DNA of 31,717 nt. Origin: Macrostomum lignano. Its lineage: Eukaryota. Shown here one piece after another: positions 1-10,194 of this stretch. Where the stretch lies: NCBI GenBank assembly GCA_002269645.1, contig NIVC01002454.1:1-31717 (forward strand), in the 5' to 3' direction. Numbering within the stretch: position 1 is the first letter of the stretch; every line of letters starts with the position of its first letter. The position numbers and the translations under genes are program-made. The notes beneath the pieces are model-generated. The model was not told where the DNA came from. It worked only from the letters and a program-made list of their open reading frames with translations, and did no database searches.

Positions 1-1
1 A

Positions 2-150
2 AATGAAATTCGGAAGTTTGTGGCATTGTGCTCTACATGGCACTAAACAAGAAGCCTGAATTGAACAGTTACTGGTCGAAGGATTTGTTCTACCATCCCA
101 TACCTTCTTCCGACTTTTTAAGGCTAATTCACTCTTAGCCGTACTCTGCA
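2..150 (+). mobile_element. Degenerate piggyBac-like (PGBD) transposase fragment, truncated by the window edge
   Basis: Two frames join to NEIRKFVALC/LYMALNKKPELNSYWSKDLFYHP...DFLRLIH. This resembles the recalled piggyBac segment EIKKFLGLLILMGIVKKPSIRDYWSTD...RFxxILRFLHF. A frameshift and a stop indicate decay. Confidence 0.55.
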
Positions 151-1194
151 CTCTCTATGCATGCTGCCAGCTAACCGTGTGGACTTGTGACGCAAATTGG
201 ATCACCACAGTTGAGACGCGAACCGCGGGCGTAACGTGAATTGCGTCACCTGGGGCTGAAGGTCTAAGAAAAGTTGACCAATGGTTTCGGAGGAAACTTG
301 TACATGTTGCCGAGTCAACATTACACTAGCTTACAAACTTAAGCTTTCACAGAATGCTAATAGACACCTCAAAACAGTCGAAAGTGCTAGGCAAGAAGTT
401 TTCATTTTTTGGAATATAGTGCGTCTTTTAATGCAATGGTATAAAACGTGATTATTATCTTTTTTATGCAATTTCTTTTTTTCTCTTGCTATACACCAGT
501 CGCATTTGGTGTTGAACCATCATCGACTTCGGACAGAATCAGTAGTGGCTGGAAGAGAGAAAGAGAGGTGGAGTCTTCAAGCTTCAAACATGGGGTTCCG
601 CTATCGCAACAGCTGGATTGACAGCACGGCAGGTTTCCTGTATGGGAGAGTTCCCTATTGGTTCAGTGCCAGACTAGCCACTGCCAGTGAATCCACAGGG
701 GCACAAAGAGTAGAAAACCGGTCGTAGCCGAGCTGTCTCTCTCACAGCTCCGTTGCGTCAAGGAATTTGCCAAAAAAAGCCGAACAGCGGGAGAACCCGA
801 CGGAATTATTTTCAATCTGCTCCAAGTAAGTTAAAGACGGCGGCTCACTTTGTGCGCCATGTTATCTGTCAGAATCTTCGTCTAGTTTTACCCAGCCCAG
901 GATTGCCACGCAGTGATGGAATTCAATCTCTACTCGAGTTTGAGCAGTCAATGCGTAATCAAATTCTGGGCCAGTAATTGGGTCGATAATGCAAATCACT
1001 CTCCCCTCTGGCTGTCCACCTCGTCTCCAGTGGGACTGATCAGCTGTTGAAAGCCGATCGTAGGAGTTTGTGGGGGGCGACTCAGAAACTCAAGCTCGCA
1101 CCATCCTATTGAATTTCTTTTTGCATCTGTCGCAACTTTTTCCCATGTCCGGCATGGTTTCAGAGAGAATCACTTGCTTTACCGCGATAACAGC

Positions 1195-3627
1195 ATGGAG
1201 AAGAAGTTGGCGCTGATCATGTTCGCGGCCTGCCTGCTGTTGGGCCTCGCGTTTGCCGCACCTGCTGCTAACAGCGACGAATTCGAGGAGCTTCAGTAAG
1301 TCAGTGTGATTCTTGCGCGTTCCCAAATTGATTCGTTTTTTAGATTCAGAAATATTGTATTTTTCAAGACGTCAGTTGACCGGCAGCCAAGGAAGACCTC
1401 TGACCACGCGCATGGATACGCACGCAGGCACACTCTCGCTCTTCCTATTACACACGGTCTGTGCCTTCTGGGTTGGCCCTCAAGGCTCGTGAATCGCGCG
1501 GAAAGTCCCAGACCAATGTTTTCGTGCTCAAATCCAGGATCTGTATAGCGCGGTAGTCGCGATGCAGAGTAGAATTGAGTACAAAGCTCCCGAATTGAAA
1601 GAGAAACTGTGTATTAGGACAATTTTCATTGTATGACATGCTTGTTCGCATGCGTTTCCACCGTTTTCAACTGCTTTGGGGGTTCAGTCAGGTGTCAATA
1701 CGAGATAAACTCACTGGCGTATGCCAAGGGAAAAAGTTATTAGTTCGAGAGAACCATCATCGTCGATCGGCTCGCAATCAAAGCTGGTCTGCTGTTTGAA
1801 TAGGTGGATTGTCTTACCTGCACTGCAAATACGAGGACGAGCTTAAGTGTCAGCCAGTCGCCCTGCAGAGCAACCACTTCAGAATTCATTTCCGATCTCT
1901 TTAGAGATTCTGGAGAATTCCAACAGTTTTTTTGCCAGTCCTGTTCGGCGTCCCCACCCCCATGCAGTATTTTCCGTTCAGCTCGGATTGCTTTTTTCAA
2001 TTTTCTTCTTTTTTTAATTTGAGCCTTGCGCTTGCCAGAGAGGGAAGCAAGAGGAAGCCCAACTGTTCAGCACGTTGAGCGACTTGAGGCGCTTGAGAAG
2101 AGACGAGAATCGAAGACAGGATCTCATTAGCTGGACGGCGGCTGAGCCTCTGTAATCCTCCGGGTCACAGGAACCCGAAGGTCCTTCGACATCGATGCAC
2201 CGCCTTATCGGAAGCCACGTTAGCAAATTTCATGCCGCATGCTCGCCAATTTTTAAGGCTTCTCCAGGATCAGTTCAGATGAGATAAGGAAAACAAATTT
2301 TCTTGGTGATACAAATTTTGATAGCGATCGACCAGCCATGCTCCATGGCTTAGACCACAGGTGGTGGGACATAAACCACCTAGCCTATTATACCATCTGG
2401 ATGTCTATCATGGAGTGCCAGTAGACTTACTGAAGGATCTGTTAGTTCAATAGAGTGATCCACTGTACTGCGGTCTCTCTGCAGAGCCGTGAAGCGCCTG
2501 AGCTCCGATCATCGCATTGCCGACCTTCTGGCCTCCCTGGGCGGTGCGGGCACCGGCGGTGGCCAGTACGGCATCGACCTCAATGCCAGGTGAGGCTTTG
2601 CAGGACTGCTGCTCTCTAATATACTCGTAATGTCCTATGCAGGCAAGTTGCTAGCCGAGTAGCTGCTAGTTAAGCAGAGTTGACCACGGTTAGTACGCAG
2701 CTGACTGCGTCAATCCCTCCACTGAGGCAGCCATTTAATCAGGCTGTTCTTCCAGTTCACTCTGCTGCTCTGATAGGGCAGCAGCTCCAAGTTGCGGTAG
2801 AAATGCAGGGTAGAAGCAAGGACGGGAGACTTTGGTTCTGAGAAAAGTCATAAGATCCTGGTTTTACCCGAAAAATACAATACGGAGATGGAGCTTTTAA
2901 ATTTTTCAACACAAAAATAATAACAGCTGACGAGATTGATTGAAGATCGTGGATGTTGTCTAAAAAAGTATTTAAAAGAAGTTCCCCATCCTACTTAAGT
3001 AGTCCTTAGGTTGGAGCACAGATACTAAAATAACTAGATGAGCCACTCAGGCATATATACATAGTAAAACTGCTTTCTACTATCAGTTCAGTAGCAAAGA
3101 AGAAAATATAAGCTATTTTATAAAAATAAAAGCAGCTGAAATGACTTTTGATAAGTTTAGAAGCCCAAGCTTGCAGGCGTAAACAACTTGCTAATTGGTT
3201 CAGCCATAATGTACATTAGCCAGTCCACTGAAATGTACATAGCAGCTTTAGACTGGAATTCCAAGAAAGGCGATAAAAATTGCGGCGGGGCGGGGGGTAG
3301 TGTGGTAAGGCACGGTTGGAGGGTTTAAGCTGGGAGGGGGGTAAGAACCGATAAAGGAGCCTTGGCTTAAAAATACATTAAAATGCTTCTGTTTAATTTA
3401 CTACTGAACTGAAAGTAGCTTACACGCAAATGTGCTGAGTGGCCCATCTGGTTATTCTAGTAGCTGTCCATAGTACTGTAGAACGGGTACAAGTGTGGTT
3501 TTAAAATGTTTTTTTAGACAAACAATGCAAATTTTCAGTACGAATCGTAGGGCACGCCTCATCATTTCATTTTTCATGTCGTCAATTCAGCGGCAGACGG
3601 AAGCGAAGCAGCGGCGGCCTGCCTTGA
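1195..3627 (+). CDS. Neuropeptide precursor, 80 aa, join(1195..1295,2485..2589,3591..3627): [80 protein letters not shown]
   Basis: Hydrophobic signal peptide and acidic spacer; donors GTAAGT (1296) and GTGAGG (2590); acceptors CTCTCTGCAG (2484) and TCAATTCAG (3590). Both phase-2 introns join in frame. The joined product has a KR site, a 31-aa peptide and a G-RRKR amidation/cleavage signal. Confidence 0.85.
3017..3468 (+). mobile_element. MITE family A, copy 1 (about 450 bp, non-autonomous DNA transposon) in intron 2 of the neuropeptide gene
   Basis: Imperfect TIRs (CACAGATACTAAAATAACTAGATGAGCCACTCAG ... CTGAGTGGCCCATCTGGTTATTCTAGTAGCTGT). Full-length reverse-complement similarity to 4190-5206 once the nested insert is removed. 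No clear TSD. Confidence 0.8.
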
Positions 3628-3819
3628 GACTGCGGCGTCCTGAGAAGCGGCGCCTTGTGAACTGTCACTTTTGCCCCTCTTCCCTCACCGAACCGAGCGA
3701 TGCCCACCCGCCTCCTCAAAACCCCTCTGTCTCGCGTGTGAAGGGTCCGTGCGATGAACTGAGACGCCTGCCGGAAGCTGAATCGAACATCCGCGTGACG
3801 ACAGCTTTGATTTCCGTTT

Positions 3820-3825
3820 AATAAA
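3820..3825 (+). terminator. Probable polyadenylation signal of the neuropeptide gene
   Basis: AATAAA about 190 nt after the stop codon at 3627. Confidence 0.5.
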
Positions 3826-4189
3826 ACTGGACGGCTGCAAATTTATCAATCTGGCAGTAAAACAAATTTGTTGGCCCAGTTTTTTCGTTATAATTCGAAT
3901 TTGCATTGGTTGCGTGATGACCAATTGAATGGGCGGAACCGAGCACACTGAGCATAAGCTCGATAAATTCACTTCAAGCAGTTTGAAACTTGGTACTGCA
4001 GGCAAAGCTATACGAGTTCAGGTTCATGTCCTTTCTATACAGTCTAGCAAAAGCTTAACGAAAGATTATGGGACATCGGCAACGGGCAAGAATGCAGTTG
4101 TGTCCACGCTCTAGATGTACTTCGCAAAGGTCTGCTGCTCGAATTTTGTGAAATGGACTTTTACGAGACGAGCGTACCTTAGACAAACC

Positions 4190-5206
4190 CACAGCTACTA
4201 GAATAAGATGGGCCACTCAGCACATTTGCGTGTAAGCTACTTTCAGTTCAGTAGTAAGTTAAACAGAAGCATTCTAATGTATTTTTCAAGCCAAGGCTCA
4301 TTTATCGGCTCTTACCCCCCTCCAGCTTGAACCCTCAACCGCGCCTTTCCACACGGGGGCGCTTCATAAGACCTAAATTTCACAACGCCTAAAGCACGTG
4401 ACTTCACATCACCTAAATTTCATAACGCCTAAATTTCACAACGCCTAAAATCGAAAATGCAGCCTCCTTCACAACGCCTAAATTTCACAACGCCTAAAAT
4501 TTCTGCACGCTCCTTCATATCGCCTAAATTTCATATCGCCTAAATTTCATAACGCCTAAAACCGAAAATGCATCCTACTTCACATCACCTAAATTTCATA
4601 TCGCCTAAATTTCACAACGCCTAAAAATCTGCATGCTCTTTCATATCGCCTAAACTTCATATCGCCTAAATTTCATAACACCTAAAACTGAATGTGAAGG
4701 AGAGAAGCAAAGATTTTAGACGTTGTGAAATTTAGGCGATATGAAATTTAGGTGATGTGAAGGATGCTGCATTTTCGGTTTTAGGCGTTGTGAAATTTAG
4801 GCGATGTGAAAGAGCGTGCAAATATTTTAGGCGTTGTGAAATTTAGGCGATATGAAATTTAGGTGTTGTGAAGTGTGGTGGTTTTAGGCGTTGTGAAATT
4901 TAGGTCTTATGAAAGCGTCCCTTCCACACTACCCCCCACCCGCCTCAATTTTTAATTGCCTTTCTCGAAATTCCAGCCTAAGCTGCCATGTACATTTCAG
5001 TGAACTGGCTAATTTACATTACTGCTGAACCAATTAGCAAGTTGTTTACGCCTGCAAGCTTGGGCTTCTAAACTTATCAAAGTCATTTCAGCTGCCTTTT
5101 TATAAAATAGCTTATGTATTCTTTTTTGGTACTGAACTGAAAGTAGAAAGCAGTTTTACTAAGTATATGTGTCTGAGTGGCCCATCTTGTCATTTTAGTA
5201 TCTATG
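4190..5206 (-). mobile_element. MITE family A, copy 2 (inverted relative to copy 1), P-element/hAT-like ends, carrying a nested insertion
   Basis: Termini CACAGCTACTA ... TAGTATCTATG; exact 8-bp TSD GACAAACC at 4182-4189 and 5207-5214. CA(N)AG ends with an 8-bp TSD fit the P superfamily or hAT. Confidence 0.85.
4355..4921. mobile_element. MITE family B (567 bp, foldback-like), nested in family A copy 2
   Basis: TIRs GGGGGCGCTTCATAAGACCTAAATTTCACAACGCCTAAA / TTTAGGCGTTGTGAAATTTAGGTCTTATGAAAGCGTCCC; exact 8-bp TSD TTCCACAC at 4347-4354 and 4922-4929; internal roughly 16-bp subrepeats (AATTTCACAACGCCTA) direct on the left and inverted on the right; empty site visible in copy 1 at 3300-3307. Confidence 0.9.
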
Positions 5207-5727
5207 GACAAACCCGGCTGAAATATCTTTAAAACTTTGGTCACTTAACAAACTCTTGTTTACTTCAAAGATTAAGAAACTTGGGAACTGAGCTAGGAAA
5301 ACAAATGCACACTAATTGCTTGATTTGCAACATTTGAAAGAGCATATGGTGAGATACATGTAGTGTCAGTTTAGTGTTGAGAAACACAAAAAAACTTCCT
5401 ATCAACATGCAGCCTCAAGGGAAATTTTGCACGATTTTGCAAGCGTAGCTTTCTTCTACTGAAAGTCGTGTATTTCGCGTAATTGTACATTTCAGTTTCT
5501 TGGTTAGAAATGATCTAGTTAGATACTGTGCTCATGTAAACGAACTCACATGGAGAAATGTTGCGCGTTCAATGTTTTTCTCGCCAGATCTCTCCGCTCA
5601 GCGCTGATCTCTTTATCTGAACGGCTCTTATCAACGGCAATTATGAAATAAAATCGACAGAGTTTTAGGCTACAGGGGCCCCAGCCCAGCCTAGTGCAGA
5701 GTGTGACTCTTACATGAGCCTAAAAAC

Positions 5728-6306
5728 ATGAAAACTGACGAACGCCGCTTCTGGTTCTGCTTCGCGGCGCTGCAGCTGTCACTCTGCCTGGCTGCCGCGC
5801 CTCTGGCCTGGCTGTCCGTCAGCCTGGCCAATGACGTGCCAGCTGTTATCGTTACGGCCGTCGGTGCCGCTCTGTGCTTGGCCTCCGTAGCTTTACTGTG
5901 CTCGGCGCAGTTTGCTGAAGGCGCCGCCTGCCTGACCCGCCTGCTGTGGCTGCGGGTGTTCACCGCCGGCTCGGGCGCTTGTGCACAGCTCGCCGCGGTC
6001 GGCCTGCTGCTGTTTGGCGCAGCAAATCGGCGTCTGCTGCCGACTGAAGCCGACGCGATCTGCGTGGCCATCCTGACCGGCTTAGCGGCGGTGAATTCGG
6101 CGCTGGCCGCGTCGGCCTGCGTGCACATCTACAACTGCGTGACCGCGGTGCGGCTCAGCTGGCGGGTGGCGGCGGCCCTCGAGGACGAGGCTGACGTCTT
6201 TGGACAGGCCGTCGACAGCAGGAGCAGGAGCGTCGCTCCGGTTGACTTGGAGGAGTCGGAAAAAGTTGTTGACGAATCTGGCGGGCAGCTGGAGCTGGAC
6301 AGTTGA
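5728..6306 (+). CDS. Single-exon 192-aa predicted four-transmembrane protein with an acidic cytoplasmic C-tail; family not recognised
   Basis: ATG-initiated ORF coinciding with a GC-rich island; four hydrophobic stretches (FWFCFAALQLSLCLAAAPLAWLSV; VIVTAVGAALCLASVALLC; VFTAGSGACAQLAAVGLLLFGAA; AICVAILTGLAAVNSALAASACVHIY). Confidence 0.75.
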   Translation: MKTDERRFWFCFAALQLSLCLAAAPLAWLSVSLANDVPAVIVTAVGAALCLASVALLCSAQFAEGAACLTRLLWLRVFTAGSGACAQLAAVGLLLFGAANRRLLPTEADAICVAILTGLAAVNSALAASACVHIYNCVTAVRLSWRVAAALEDEADVFGQAVDSRSRSVAPVDLEESEKVVDESGGQLELDS

Positions 6307-6820
6307 AGTAGAAGGATGCTGGACTCAACTATCCTCATCTACTGAGCTTGGGGGCATCCGTTTGCCCCATAAGTTTACAGGTTAGGCAAGACATTTTTGT
6401 CTTGCAGGCAAAGTCGGTCCTATTTTTTGCTTATATATTTCTTGGCAGTGTTTCTTAATGTCAATCATCTCAATGTGTTGCCGGTCGATTGAGTATTTTT
6501 TTTAGCAAAACAGTTCAGTGGCAAAAATCATTTGCGTCTTGCAGTGAAAACCGGCCTTCAGTGGATTTTTTTGCACGATTATTCGAGTGTGGCGCGCTTT
6601 TGAATCTACGCTCGTAGGATTTCGTGAGTAGACAGCCCTGGAGGGGGAGCCAGAACTTTGCTGCTTTTCAAGCAAGTCTTTCAGTAGTAGCTTCTGATTC
6701 GTGTATTCGCGACCTGTCGTTTGTTCTTTATTCCAGTTGATAAATACGTTTGAAGTTAATTTGTACTACTAGCTACAAAAAATGGTCTTTAATAACAATC
6801 ATTAGCGACGGATCGAAAAG

Positions 6821-7376
<556 letters not shown>

Positions 7377-8240
7377 ATCAGAGCCTCTTCAAGGTACTCA
7401 AGCATGAAATACTTTAATGTGTGTTGACTTACTGGATGATTTTGTGGAGCCTGGGACTTGAAGAATCAGGAAGACTTTTTTAAGACTTAAGAGTTCGTAT
7501 GTTTGTTGAAAGATGCAGGATAAAAAATTCAACTCGCGCCCTTAAATTTCGCGAGCCTGCTGCTACACTCGTAGATTCTTGATTGATGGACCCACGAGTG
7601 TTGTATGAAGAACCTTGCAAATAAGAATCGCTGCTTTACAATAAAAAAGCGTTGCAGTTCGGCTTCAAAAATGTTTATTTCCATATGTCTTTTATCGGTG
7701 CCGGTGCAAATATCAAATAATATGAGTGAAAAAACATCAATATTGCGTATGAATCACTTACTGCAAGTAGTGCGGATAGATACTCAGCCGAAGTGCATCT
7801 GACCATCTCACTGGGTTAACTAAAACTAATAGTGCGTCTCGTGCGCAAATTTTCTTTTAAAAACAAAAAATAATATTGGGAGGTTGCCTTGTTTTAATTG
7901 TTTGTTTAGTTTAGCTTTAAAAAAAGACAAGAATATTTGCAATCGCAGTTGTTAAGTAGACTCAGACGGTCATTTGTAGTCAAGCAGTCAATGTGGGATT
8001 TTTGACAATGTTTCCTGCAGATTTCCTCTCCTTCGGTGATGGAGAAGCCTGTCTATAGGGTCAAAGTCCCCAGGCATAAAATAACATTGGAAAATAGAGT
8101 TTTGTCTTCCCAACTTGTTTTCTACTTTCAGCTCCTTCAAACCTCAACCGGGCTGGATCACAGTGTCAATACATCACGTGACGAATAATAGAAAATAGGT
8201 TTGTGTTCTTGACGAGAACAACACAAAATTGAAGTGAAGT

Positions 8241-10148
8241 GATAGAGCTCCGCTACCATCCTACTAAGCATTCGATAGAGCTCCGCTACCATCCTACTAA
8301 GCATTCGATAGAGCTCCGCTACCATCCTACTAAGCATTCGATAGAGCTCCGCTACCCTCCTACTAAGCATTCGATAGAGCTCCGCTACCATCCTACTAAG
8401 CATTCGATAGAGCTCCGCTACCATCCTACTAAGCATTCGATAGAGCTCCGCTACCATCCTACTAAGCATTCGATAGAGCTCCGCTACCATCCTACTAAGC
8501 ATTCGATAGAGCTCAGCTACAATCCTAGAAAACATTCGATAGAGCTCCGCTACAATCCTAGAAAACATTCGATAGAGCTCCGCTACAATCCTACAAAACA
8601 TTCGATAGAGCTCCGCTACAATCCTAGAAAACATTCGATAGAGCTCCGCTACAATCCTACAAAACATTCGATAGAGCTCCGCTACAATCCTAGAAAACAT
8701 TCGATAGAGCTCCGCTACAATCCTACAAAACATTCGATAGAGCTCCGCTACAATCCTAGAAAACATTCGATAGAGCTCCGCTACAATCCTACAAAACATT
8801 CGATAGAGCTCCGCTACAATCCTAGAAAACATTCGATAGAGCTCCGCTACAATCCTACAAAACATTCGATAGAGCTCAGCTACAATCCTACAAAACATTC
8901 GATAGAGCTCCGCTACAATCCTAGAAAACATTCGATAGAGCTCCGCTACAATCCTACAAAACATTCGATAGAGCTCCGCTACCCTCCTACAAAACATTCG
9001 ATAGAGCTCCGATACCCTCCTACAAAACATTCGATAGAGCTCCGATACCCTCCCACAAAACATTCGATAGAGCTCCGCTACCCTCCCACAAAACATTCGA
9101 TAGAGCTCCGCTACCCTCCCACAAAACATTCGATAGAGCTCCGATACCCTCCTACAAAACATTCGATAGAGCTCCGCTACCCTCTCACAAAACATTCGAT
9201 AGAGCTCCGATATCCTCCCACAAAACATTCGATAGAGCTCCGATACCCTCCTACAAAACATTCGATAGAGCTCCGATACCCTCCTACAAAACAATCGATA
9301 GAGCTCCACTACCCTTCCACAAAACATTCGATAGAGCTCCGCTACCCTCCCACAAAACATTCGATAGAGCTCCGATACCCTCCCACAAAACATTCGATAG
9401 AGCTCCGCTACCCTCCTACAAAACATTCGATAGAGCTCCGCTACCCTCCCACAAAACATTCGATAGAGCTCCGCTACCCTCCCACAAAACATTCGATAGA
9501 GCTCCGATACCCTTCCACAAAACATTCGATAGAGCTCCGCTACCCTCCCACAAAACATTCGATAGAGCTCCGATACCCTCCCACAAAACATTCGATAGAG
9601 CTCCGCTACCATCCTACAAAACAATCGATAGAGCTCCGCTACCCTCTCACAAAACATTCGATAGAGCTCCGCTACCCTCTCACAAAACATTCGATAGAGC
9701 TCCGCTACCCTCTCACAAAACATTCGATAGAGCTCCGCTACCCTCTCACAAAACATTCGATAGAGCTCCGATACCCTCCTACAAAACATTCGATAGAGCT
9801 CCGCTACCCTCCAACAAAACATTCGATAGAGCTCCGATACCCTCCTACAAAACAATCGATAGAGCTCCGATACCCTCCTACAAAACATTCGATAGAGCTC
9901 CGATACCCTCCTACAAAACATTCGATAGAGCTCCGATACCCTCCCACAAAACATTCGATAGAGCTCCGATACCCTCCTACAAAACAATCGATAGAGCTCC
10001 GATACCCTCCTACAAAACATTCGATAGAGCTCCGATACCCTCCTACAAAACATTCGATAGAGCTCCGATACCCTCCTACAAAACATTCGATAGAGCTCCG
10101 ATACCCTCCTACAAAACATTCGATAGAGCTCCGATACCCTCCTACAAA
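8241..10148. repeat. 33-bp minisatellite, about 58 units (GATAGAGCTCCGCTACCMTCCTACAAAACATTC), just downstream of the GPCR stop
   Basis: 11-aa periodicity of the ORFs (HSIELRYPPTK); unit variants change progressively along the array. Confidence 0.98.
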
Positions 10149-10194
10149 GCCTTCCATGATGCGCCATGCCACCCCTCGCCAAGCCAGTGCTTAT

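Noticed and set aside
1740-2226. Small ORFs in neuropeptide intron 1
   Set aside because: No consistent splice chain, codon bias or homology recognised.
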